A DNA stretch of 64,000 nucleotides from a virus (taxonomy: Duplodnaviria > Caudoviricetes): the IMG/VR virus record IMGVR_UViG_3300011517_000006, positions 24,476-88,475 of that record; one strand, given 5' to 3'. Positions within the stretch are counted from its first letter, which is position 1, and the number at the start of each line of letters is the position of its first letter. The translations under genes and the position numbers were made by a program. Below the pieces are notes generated by a model that did not search any database, had not been told where the DNA came from, and saw only the letters and a list, made by a program, of their open reading frames with translations. This document shows, one piece after another, positions 9,259-17,047 of this stretch.

Positions 9259-10562
9259 GCGGACACGCCCCCGGCTACGCTCGCGGCGGCCTCGGCCGCC
9301 CTGATCACTTCGTTGAAATCCATGCCGATCGGCGGGCGCGAGACACGCACCTGCGTCGAACTTCCGGTGCTCAGGCGGCGGCTCCAGCTGGCCCGGGCCA
9401 AAGCGCCGCTCACGCGCGCCCGCTCGGCGCTGTCACGCACCGCCTCGATCATTCGCTTTTGCTGGCGCCCGCTACGTCCTTTGACCGTCACCGGGCTCAT
9501 GTCGCCGTCGACGGCGATGTCGATCAGCCCCCACGGGTTCTCCGGATCCTCCGGCCAGGTGAAGCCGGGCCGCAAAGGATCCGCCCTGACCCGCCAGATG
9601 TCCCGTGCGCCATCCTTGTCGATGGCCTCGAAGCCGCTCAACCGATCCAGCGATCCCGCCGCAACCGCCCGAACCGGCCGGCTCAACGGCCCAGCCAGCA
9701 TCATGGCCCGCGACGCCGCGTTCTCGACGCCCTCCGCCACCACGAGGGGGCCTGGGGCGTCCGGTCGCGTCAACCACAGCCCGCCCGGCAGCACATAGCC
9801 CTCGATGTCGCCATGCCGGTCCGGCCGGGGCGGCCCCGCCAGTCCGTCGCGACGCGCCAGCACGAAATGGCCCTGCGGCCCCAGCATCCGCTTCGCCGGC
9901 GACCGGTGCGTCTTCCCGCGCCCGTTGGGCGCCAGATAGGTGCAGTGCACGCCGCCGGTCGGACCCAGCTCCGTCATGACCAGAATGACCATCGCCGGCA
10001 GGAACACGCCCCGCTCCGGATGGCCGCTATGCCAGGTTCGCGGATTGAACCCGACCAGAGCCAGCATCCGCGCCGCGACGGGCCCCCGGATGCTCCGCGC
10101 CTCTTCCAGATAGACCTGCGCCAACGACCCGGCCGCGGGCTCACGCTCGCGCCAGATCTTGCGCGCCATTTCCAACCGCCATGCGGCGTCGGCCAGCGCC
10201 TCGGCTTCGGCCTGTTTCGACGCCTGCGCACGCCGTGCGCGCGAAGCCTCGCTTTCGGGCTTCAACTCGCCGCCCATCAAACGGCGGGCCGCGTCGGCCA
10301 TCGTCTCATCGCCGCCTGAGAACAGCCGATGCTCCAGATCGATCACATCGCCGCCGCGCGGGTCGCAGGAATAGCACTGCCAGCGCCGCCCATCGGCGGA
10401 CACGCGGAACGGGGCTAGTTTGCTCTTGGCCCCGCATTCATTCAGGGGGCAGACGCCTCGATAGCCCTTGCCCGTCTTGCGCAGCTTGCACTTGGGCGCC
10501 CGGATCGCGATGTCCTCGCACCGGACCGCCGCACGCGCCCTGTCGAACAGCTCGTCGCTCAT
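9255..10562 (-). CDS. DNA primase (CHC2-type Zn finger + toprim)
   Basis: GVCPLNEC...WQCYSC zinc finger, KRMLG, VVAEGVENA toprim; start MSDELF at 10562. Confidence 0.8.
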   Translation of the reverse strand: MSDELFDRARAAVRCEDIAIRAPKCKLRKTGKGYRGVCPLNECGAKSKLAPFRVSADGRRWQCYSCDPRGGDVIDLEHRLFSGGDETMADAARRLMGGELKPESEASRARRAQASKQAEAEALADAAWRLEMARKIWREREPAAGSLAQVYLEEARSIRGPVAARMLALVGFNPRTWHSGHPERGVFLPAMVILVMTELGPTGGVHCTYLAPNGRGKTHRSPAKRMLGPQGHFVLARRDGLAGPPRPDRHGDIEGYVLPGGLWLTRPDAPGPLVVAEGVENAASRAMMLAGPLSRPVRAVAAGSLDRLSGFEAIDKDGARDIWRVRADPLRPGFTWPEDPENPWGLIDIAVDGDMSPVTVKGRSGRQQKRMIEAVRDSAERARVSGALARASWSRRLSTGSSTQVRVSRPPIGMDFNEVIRAAEAAASVAGGVSA

Positions 10563-11248
10563 GCCGCGATCTCCGCAGCCCTGACAGCGGCCTCGATCCG
10601 GAAGCAGGCGGTGTCGAAATGCTTCGGATCGATCTCGACCCCCGTGAACCTCAGGCCCCGCTTGATCGCCGCCACGCCGGTCGAACCGCTGCCCATGAAG
10701 GGGTCGCACACGTTCGCGGCGTTGATGGTGGCCAACACCTTGTCCATGACCGGATCGGGCTTGACCGTCGGATGATCGACACCGGTGAAACGGCCGCTCT
10801 CGCTCAGGATCCACCGCGCCTTGTCGGTCAGGCTTCCGACCGGATGCGCGCCCGCCAGCCAGGCGTGAACCCAGAACTCCGTGTCCGGCCGATAGTGCTT
10901 GTTCGCCACCGGCAGCGGGTTGGTCTTGTGCCAAGCGCAGACGACGGTCCGATGGTACCGCGCAGCCAGACGCGGCAGCAGCTGGGGCAGCTGATCGTTA
11001 TGACAGAACACCGCCACCGACCGGAACGTGGCCGGCGAACAGATCCGATCGTCGAACCCCTGATCCAGCCCGGCCGCCGCGATCCGATCCATGTTCGGCC
11101 GGGCCTTGCGGAAGCGTCCTGCCCCGCGCGTGTTGAACGCATACGGCGGATCGAACACCCCCGCGTCCTGGGGGCCCAGGGTCCGCACCACCTCGTACCC
11201 GTCGCCCAGGTAAAGCGTCGCCGGCCCGATGACCTCGATCCGGCTCAT
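10559..11248 (-). CDS. DNA N6-adenine/N4-cytosine methyltransferase (beta class)
   Basis: DPPY motif IV before DPFMGSGSTG motif I; HPTVKP; GVEID. Confidence 0.88.
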   Translation of the reverse strand: MSRIEVIGPATLYLGDGYEVVRTLGPQDAGVFDPPYAFNTRGAGRFRKARPNMDRIAAAGLDQGFDDRICSPATFRSVAVFCHNDQLPQLLPRLAARYHRTVVCAWHKTNPLPVANKHYRPDTEFWVHAWLAGAHPVGSLTDKARWILSESGRFTGVDHPTVKPDPVMDKVLATINAANVCDPFMGSGSTGVAAIKRGLRFTGVEIDPKHFDTACFRIEAAVRAAEIAA

Positions 11249-11646
11249 GCCGCCGCCCCGCGCGAGGCTTCGATCTGTCGCCGCGCCTCGGCCTTGTTGG
11301 CCGCTGTCATGAAATAGCCCACGCCCCAGCGGGTGCCGATCTCGATCCCGAACGGCTTCAGCTTCCGCCGGATGTGGCAGACGAAGACGTCCACGATCTT
11401 CATCTCGGGCTCATCCTCGCCCCGGTCGCGGTAAAGCGCCGCCATCGCGGAGTCCTTCGTCAGCAGCTCGCGCTCCAGCAGGACCCCGAACAGTCGGGCC
11501 TGCTGGACGGTCAGCCCCCACTCCAGCGGCGGCAGGACGCACAGGCCCATCGCCTCCTCCAGCTCAACGATGCGGTCTTCCAGGCGCGTGATCGTGGCCT
11601 GCAGCGCGGCCTCGCGCGCAACGGGGTCAACCTGCTCGACGGCCAC
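11245..11646 (-). CDS. Receiver-less OmpR/PhoB winged-helix protein, CtrA-like DNA-binding domain
   Basis: LTKDSAMAALY...DEPEMKIVDVFVCHIRRKL...TRWGVGY compared with recalled CtrA DEPELKIIDVFICKLRKKL...TVWGRGY. Confidence 0.8.
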   Translation of the reverse strand: MAVEQVDPVAREAALQATITRLEDRIVELEEAMGLCVLPPLEWGLTVQQARLFGVLLERELLTKDSAMAALYRDRGEDEPEMKIVDVFVCHIRRKLKPFGIEIGTRWGVGYFMTAANKAEARRQIEASRGAAA

Positions 11647-12544
11647 GACGTTTCCCCTTCCGGTACAGAACGATGGCCAGGGCCTTCCACAGCGGCGTCT
11701 TGTGCGTAGCCGCGAAAACCGCAGCCTCCTGTTCCGCCGCCTCGCCCAGCGCCAGCATCGCGTTCGCCACCCCTTCCGCGTCGATGTCCTCGCGGTATTC
11801 CTCGTCGTGCAGCAGCGTCTCGACCGCCTTGATCTGACCCGCCGTCAACGGCTGCGCCCGCCCCTTCACCAGGGCCTCCAGCACCATGCGCGCCCGCATG
11901 GCGCCGCGCCGGTTGATCAGGGCGCCGATCGCTCGCACCGCGACCGTGTCTCCGATGGCCCAGACCCCGTTGCCTGGCTGGGCGCGCAGCACTCTCACCC
12001 CGGCGCGGGCGCAGACCTGGTCAATTGTCAGGGCGTCCTCGTCCCCGGCCGCCGCCGCCGCGTAGTGCATCTGCATCGGTGTGATGTTCAGCCGGTCGCG
12101 GTTGTGGCCGATGAAGCTGTGGGCCCGCTCTGATCGGCTCGCCGCCTCGACCACCATCACCGGAATGGTGGTCACCATCGGATGGCTGCACGCAGCGATC
12201 GCCGTATGCTGGCCGTCGATCACCTCCAGCCCGCGCTCCGTCCGGGCGCAGACCGGCGGCTTGAACCGACGCCAGTCCCAGCGGGCGCAGATCTTGCGCA
12301 CCAGCTTGATGGACCGCTCCGACAGGTTGCGCTGATACCCTTCATCGATCAGCAGCGTGCCTGGATCGACCCATTCGAACGTCGGCGACGCCGTCTCGGC
12401 CGCCCCGGCCTCGACCCCCGACAGATTGATGGCCTTCACGCCCCTCAGGGCCTTCGACACCGCTGCGGCCGCCAACTCGGCGTGGCATGCGGCCACATAG
12501 CGGTCGTCCGCCTGGCGAAACGCTTGACTGCCCAGCTCCGTCAT
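11627..12544 (-). CDS. ParB/Srx-like domain protein
   Basis: LLIDEGYQRNL...VIDGQHT motif; start MTELGSQ at 12544. Confidence 0.7.
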   Translation of the reverse strand: MTELGSQAFRQADDRYVAACHAELAAAAVSKALRGVKAINLSGVEAGAAETASPTFEWVDPGTLLIDEGYQRNLSERSIKLVRKICARWDWRRFKPPVCARTERGLEVIDGQHTAIAACSHPMVTTIPVMVVEAASRSERAHSFIGHNRDRLNITPMQMHYAAAAAGDEDALTIDQVCARAGVRVLRAQPGNGVWAIGDTVAVRAIGALINRRGAMRARMVLEALVKGRAQPLTAGQIKAVETLLHDEEYREDIDAEGVANAMLALGEAAEQEAAVFAATHKTPLWKALAIVLYRKGKRRGRRAG

Positions 12545-12903
12545 CCGTCGATGTCCTTTCGCTCGCGGCGCGTCGCCGCGCCCTGATGTCCGGCCAGCGC
12601 CTCGCGCGCCGCCTGCGCCGCCGCCTTCAGCGGCCCCTGCAGCTCGCGGCGGCCGGCCGTGGTCTCGGCGCAGTACCGCCGCGACAGGCGCGACAGCTGC
12701 ACGCACGGGTTCGATCGGGTGACCACGCCCGGCGCGCAGGCGTTCTTGGCCTCATGGGCGACGCGGGCCAGCGCCGTCATCGGCTTGCTGGGGGCCGCCG
12801 CCGCTGCGGCCTCGGCCTGGGCGATCAGTTCGTTCCAGCAGGCCTCGTCATTGGCCGTCATCCGGCCGTCGGGCCCGCCGCGCAGATTGCCGAAGCGGCT
12901 CAT
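12541..12903 (-). CDS. Hypothetical phage protein
   Basis: 120 aa, ATGA-coupled on both sides. Confidence 0.6.
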   Translation of the reverse strand: MSRFGNLRGGPDGRMTANDEACWNELIAQAEAAAAAAPSKPMTALARVAHEAKNACAPGVVTRSNPCVQLSRLSRRYCAETTAGRRELQGPLKAAAQAAREALAGHQGAATRRERKDIDG

Positions 12904-12940
12904 GGGCGGGCCTCCGGCTGGGCCGTCTCAAAGACAGCAT

Positions 12941-13249
12941 CTATCCAGCGAGGTCGAGCAACTGCTCCGCCAGTTTCAGGGCCTGAGCCTTCGACAGCTC
13001 GATCGAACGACCCAATCCCATCATCCCGCCGAAGTCTCCGACCGCCAACAGGATGTTGTCCTTTTCCGCCCGGACGATGACCTGATCGGTGCTCGTGGTG
13101 ACGCGGATGGTGGCCGTCGTCACGCTGATGGTCCCGTCCGCGCTGCGGCTGATCGTCTTTCGCTCGTACATGATGGGGCTCCCTTGCGATTGAACGGATG
13201 GATGGGCCGCTGGCGGAGGATTCGCCTCCGCCAGCGACTCGCTCTCCAT
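12941..13249 (-). CDS. Hypothetical protein (accessory)
   Basis: Protein-like composition, lower GC; start uncertain. Confidence 0.45.
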   Translation of the reverse strand: MESESLAEANPPPAAHPSVQSQGSPIMYERKTISRSADGTISVTTATIRVTTSTDQVIVRAEKDNILLAVGDFGGMMGLGRSIELSKAQALKLAEQLLDLAG

Positions 13250-13271
13250 TGGCGGCTTCCAAACTCAACCG

Positions 13272-13523
13272 ATGGAGAGAACTGAAATGGACGACGCCTT
13301 CATCGCCGCAACACGGTTCAAGATCGCCGCTCTCGAGACCGTTGTGGGGGACCTGATCACCGTGCTGCACGGCTTGGCCCCCGAAGAAATCGAAGCGCTT
13401 CAGATCGCGACCGAGCAACGCATGGCGAGTGCCGAGGACGACGTGTCCCGCCGGCTTCACGAACTCCGTCTTCAGCTTCTTGATGATGGCGTCTCGCGCA
13501 GCACAGCGCTTCAGGGGCGATAG
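13272..13523 (+). CDS. Hypothetical protein (accessory, opposite to operon)
   Basis: 83 aa helical protein-like ORF. Confidence 0.5.
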   Translation: MERTEMDDAFIAATRFKIAALETVVGDLITVLHGLAPEEIEALQIATEQRMASAEDDVSRRLHELRLQLLDDGVSRSTALQGR

Positions 13524-13579
13524 GCCCGATAGATCGGCCTGAACGCCGCCCCGTTCCATGTGGCTAGACGGGCGGCGGC

Positions 13580-14299
13580 TCATGGGCGGGCCCCCGAGGC
13601 TGCCGGGGCGCATTGGACTTCTCCGTCAGTTTCGTGATGAACAGAGCGATGCGTTTCCTCGCCGCCCTGATCGCCGCAGCCTTCACCGGCCTCGCTGCGC
13701 CCGCCTTGGCTGATCCGTGCAAGCGGATTCCCGACCGAGGCCCCATGCCCGCCGAACTGGCGCGCGGGCGCACCTTCTCCGGCCCGGTCGTCTACGTCGG
13801 CGACGGCGACAGCCTGTGTGTCGAGACCCTGCGAGAGCGGGGCGGGAATGGTTGGGTCGAGGTCCGCCTGGCGGACTTCAATGCGCCCGAGCTGAACGAC
13901 CCCGGCGGCCGCGCCGCCCGCGACGCCCTGGTCGCCATTGCCATGAACCGCCGCGTCGTCTGCGTCGCTGGCCGCAAATCCTACGATCGCGTCGTCGCCC
14001 GCTGTACGCTCGGCGGTGTCGGGCTCGGCGAGCGGATGCGGCGGCGGGGCATCGCCGAAGGCGGGCGCTGACGGTACAGCGAAGAACCAGTCTCCGCTGA
14101 ACGGAAGATCGCGCCGCAGCGCCTCATCCCTGATCTTTACCAATACAGGGTAGGACGGGTTGTCTCTCCCGTTTTCGTAACGTGAGATCGAAGGCCGCTG
14201 CACCCCCGCGATTTCGGCGAACTCCTCCTGACGGACGCCAAAGACATGGCGGCGCACCCAGCGGATCGGCGAGTCGGTTATGAGCGAATCACTAGCCAT
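13580..14299 (-). CDS. Cro-like XRE HTH protein; C-terminal tail runs antisense through the nuclease gene
   Basis: IRWVRRHVFGVRQEEFAEIAGVQRPSISRYENG HTH; divergent from cI. Confidence 0.75.
   Translation of the reverse strand: MASDSLITDSPIRWVRRHVFGVRQEEFAEIAGVQRPSISRYENGRDNPSYPVLVKIRDEALRRDLPFSGDWFFAVPSAPAFGDAPPPHPLAEPDTAERTAGDDAIVGFAASDADDAAVHGNGDQGVAGGAAAGVVQLGRIEVRQADLDPTIPAPLSQGLDTQAVAVADVDDRAGEGAPARQFGGHGASVGNPLARISQGGRSEAGEGCGDQGGEETHRSVHHETDGEVQCAPAASGARP
13637..14071 (+). CDS. Secreted thermonuclease (SNase-like) family protein
   Basis: Signal peptide MRFLAALIAAAFTGLAAPALA; VGDGDSL, VRLADFNAPE, YDRVVA motifs. Confidence 0.85.
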   Translation: MNRAMRFLAALIAAAFTGLAAPALADPCKRIPDRGPMPAELARGRTFSGPVVYVGDGDSLCVETLRERGGNGWVEVRLADFNAPELNDPGGRAARDALVAIAMNRRVVCVAGRKSYDRVVARCTLGGVGLGERMRRRGIAEGGR

Positions 14300-14304
14300 G
14301 CGCC

Positions 14305-14372
14305 TTTTGTGCGTGATTCGCACAAAAAGAACAGCTAGGAAGTTCGCCTTATGAACGTGCGCGAGGCGAACT
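14305..14372. promoter_or_regulatory. Prophage 1 operator cluster (GTKCG-N5-CGMAC) in the cro/cI switch
   Basis: Perfect palindrome TTTTGTGCG-TGATT-CGCACAAAA at 14305-14327; related sites at 14342-14356 and 14357-14371. Confidence 0.75.
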
Positions 14373-14392
14373 TATTGGGGATAGGCGGTCTT

Positions 14393-15025
14393 ATGACCGT
14401 TCGACGCCCCACAAATCGCCTCGGCCGGCCCGAACTTCCAGTGGAAGAGGATACGGCTGGAGGGCGCCTGCGCGCACTCAGGAAGCTAGCTCGAGAAGAC
14501 CAACAAGATCTTGCCGATGCTTTGGGCGTAAGCCGCACCCAAGTATCCAAGTACGAGAACGCCGGGCATGTAATGCCCGACTACATTATCGAGCGCGCCG
14601 CCCAACACTACGGGGTCACTCCCGCCTTTCTACGCTACGGAGATACCGACAACCGAATGGCCAAGGTGGTCGGACGCGTCGGCGCAGGCGGCCACGTCGA
14701 GGCCATCGAACAGCCGCCCTGGCGTTACGTCGAGGTCCCGGCGAGTTGGCGCGACGCGATTGCGCTCGAAGTCTCCGGCACCTCTTGTTGGCCGATCTAC
14801 GACGACGGCGACGACATCGTCATCAGAGGCGAGCGACGCTTGATAGCTGAGGAAATCATCGGCCGGATGTGCGTTGTCGAAACAGTCGACGGCCTTGGGC
14901 TAGTTAAGCGTGTGCGGAAGGGAACGCAGGAAGGCCTGTTCACACTTGAAAGCCCCAATGCGCCGCCGATCGAAGATGTGCAGCTCGCTAGCGGTCGCCC
15001 CGTGAAACTCCACGCCCCTCGCTAG
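14393..15025 (+). CDS. CI-like repressor (HTH + S24 peptidase domain)
   Basis: RLRALRK...DLADALGVSRTQVSKYEN HTH; VSGTSCWP serine and LVKRV lysine of S24. Confidence 0.88.
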   Translation: MTVRRPTNRLGRPELPVEEDTAGGRLRALRKLAREDQQDLADALGVSRTQVSKYENAGHVMPDYIIERAAQHYGVTPAFLRYGDTDNRMAKVVGRVGAGGHVEAIEQPPWRYVEVPASWRDAIALEVSGTSCWPIYDDGDDIVIRGERRLIAEEIIGRMCVVETVDGLGLVKRVRKGTQEGLFTLESPNAPPIEDVQLASGRPVKLHAPR

Positions 15026-15384
15026 TTCAAAAGATGCAAGCATCTCAAGTCCAAGTCTGAGCAACGCTCCTCGACGATCAACGGCTCTACCACCACTCCT
15101 CCAGTCGTGATCATCTGGCACTCGATCACACGAGGCGGGCCGTGAGAGAGGGTGCGGGGCGGGTGAATCCCCGGCGTCCGCGCGCCCGCTACTCCGCCCT
15201 CCCTGGCCTTGATCCATGCCAAGTTACAGGTTTGACCGGGTCGTTCATCTAACCCAGCCAACTGCACAGCCAAATCGCCACGCTGCTCTCTCGTCGTCGC
15301 ATCCTCGTGTGCCGCGAACATCACAGCAGCCACGCCCGCGAAAAGCAGCAGAACACAACCAACCGCCCAATTAGACTTCTTCAT
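15022..15384 (-). CDS. Membrane-anchored hypothetical protein with Cys residues
   Basis: N-terminal TM MKKSNWAVGCVLLLFAGVAAVMFAA; lower GC; convergent with cI. Confidence 0.6.
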   Translation of the reverse strand: MKKSNWAVGCVLLLFAGVAAVMFAAHEDATTREQRGDLAVQLAGLDERPGQTCNLAWIKAREGGVAGARTPGIHPPRTLSHGPPRVIECQMITTGGVVVEPLIVEERCSDLDLRCLHLLN

Positions 15385-15475
15385 CGTGGCCCCTCCGCGC
15401 CCCTCCTTTGTGCGCGATTCAGCACCGCCATGATAGGCGACCAATGAATTCCAAAGCGTCACATAACGCCAATAA

Positions 15476-15523
15476 GTGCGCTTGACGCACATACAAAAGC
15501 AGACATATGTTCGCGTTACGCAC
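15476..15523 (+). promoter_or_regulatory. Early promoter with two operators
   Basis: TTGACG -35 at 15482 inside GTGCG-CTTGA-CGCAC (15476-15490); second site GTTCG-CGTTA-CGCAC (15509-15523). Confidence 0.7.
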
Positions 15524-15540
15524 ATAACGCGGAGGCCTCC

Positions 15541-16071
15541 ATGGCCCAGTCTGATCTACCTGCCTTCGAAGCCGTACTCCGCTCGCCCCAGGGCGAGATA
15601 CGGGTTTGGCTTGAGCCTGCGACGAACCCGGACGCAGAGGCGCACGCCGTGCGCACTCGCCTGCGCATCGACTACGGCGACGAAGCCGACCGTCTTGTTC
15701 ACGACCAGGCCGCCCTGCGCCTGGTCGCCCAGCTGACCCGCGCCGTGCGCGGCCTGTCCGGCGCAGGCACGGCCGAGACCGCCGCCGTCGCCGCCGCCCC
15801 CAGCGTCGGCCCATGGCTAGTCGAGCGCACCGAGGCCGAGCCGACGACGCGCACCCTCGTCGCCCATCTGTTTCAGGACTACCTCGCCTGGTGCGACCGA
15901 CGCGCCTTCACGCCCCTGTCCCGTTTCGACTTCGGCCGCGAGCTGGAGCAGCGCGGCTTCCCCTCCGCAGGCAAGATTCGTCAGGGCGCGACCCAGGGTC
16001 ATGCGCGCGGCGGCCTGCGCCTGCGGCCGGTCGCTGTCGGGTCGGCTCTCAAGACGGGAGACGCCCGATGA
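15541..16071 (+). CDS. Hypothetical protein with a primase-C-terminal-type winged helix
   Basis: LFQDYLAWC...FGRELEQRGF...GGLRLR; RBS GGAGG. Confidence 0.6.
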   Translation: MAQSDLPAFEAVLRSPQGEIRVWLEPATNPDAEAHAVRTRLRIDYGDEADRLVHDQAALRLVAQLTRAVRGLSGAGTAETAAVAAAPSVGPWLVERTEAEPTTRTLVAHLFQDYLAWCDRRAFTPLSRFDFGRELEQRGFPSAGKIRQGATQGHARGGLRLRPVAVGSALKTGDAR

Positions 16072-16493
16072 TCCTCCCGCCCCACGTCTCGGCGCTCGCC
16101 GCCGTTCCGGCGCCGTCGAGGCCGGACGCCGCGTCCGCCCCGAACGTCTTCCCCGGCGCCGTCCCGGTCGTCAGCATCGATGACGACCTGCTCGACATCA
16201 TCGCCCAGCTGCACACCGCGCCCATTCGGTCCTTCGACCTCTCGACGGCCGCGGTGATCTCGGGCCCCTTCGTCGAAGGGCGCGTCTGCATCCGCATGGA
16301 CGGTCGGTCCTGGTCGCTTCCGACCGTCTCCTGTTCCGTCCTCGCCCTGCTGGTCCGCCTGGAGCGCGACTTGCGCGCCTGCGACCTCTTCGCCGACGCC
16401 TTCAACGCCGCCGTGGCCCAGGCCGAGGCCAAGGTGGACGCCGTCCACGCCTGGTCGGGTCGAATCCGACCGACCGAAGGGGACGAAGGCTGA
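16068..16493 (+). CDS. Hypothetical phage protein
   Basis: ATGA-coupled in early operon. Confidence 0.55.
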   Translation: MILPPHVSALAAVPAPSRPDAASAPNVFPGAVPVVSIDDDLLDIIAQLHTAPIRSFDLSTAAVISGPFVEGRVCIRMDGRSWSLPTVSCSVLALLVRLERDLRACDLFADAFNAAVAQAEAKVDAVHAWSGRIRPTEGDEG

Positions 16494-16900
16494 TGGCGTC
16501 CGCCCTTTCCTTCGCCGACGCCGCCGCCATGCGCGCAGCCCTGGCCGACAATGACACAGGCCCGTTGGTCGTGATCGAGCTGCGGCCGCCCTGCGCCTCC
16601 GAACGCATCGAGATCTCAGGCGGCTTCGACGGCCCCGACCCGGTCCAGGTGGTTAAATCCCTCTGCCGCGCCTTGGAATGCGGCCCGGGCGCCGTCGCCG
16701 CCGTCATCGACCCGACAGCGCGCGGCCTGCGCGGCGAAGAGGCGCGCTGTTACGTCCTGGACAAGGCGGACCGTCGCGTCGCCCGTATCTGCGGCCTCAG
16801 CTTCGCCTATGTGAACGTCGCGGCCTCGGCCCTGGCCAACAGCGGCTGGCGACCGGGCATGAACCGCGAGAGCGGCCTCCGTCCGGATGCCTTCCAATGA
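16493..16900 (+). CDS. Hypothetical phage protein
   Basis: TGATG-coupled. Confidence 0.55.
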   Translation: MASALSFADAAAMRAALADNDTGPLVVIELRPPCASERIEISGGFDGPDPVQVVKSLCRALECGPGAVAAVIDPTARGLRGEEARCYVLDKADRRVARICGLSFAYVNVAASALANSGWRPGMNRESGLRPDAFQ

Positions 16901-17046
16901 AGCGCAACGGCCGCCTTCTCACCGACACGGGCCGCGAAGCCCTCGCCGCCGTCCTGGTCATCCTCCTCGCCGTCGCCTTCGCCGGCGCTGCGCTCCAGGC
17001 CCGGGGACCCGCCCAACCCCTGCCCGCTCAACACCGGATCCGCTGA
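16897..17046 (+). CDS. Small single-TM protein
   Basis: [19 protein letters not shown]; ATGA-coupled. Confidence 0.5.
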   Translation: MKRNGRLLTDTGREALAAVLVILLAVAFAGAALQARGPAQPLPAQHRIR

Positions 17047-17047
17047 C

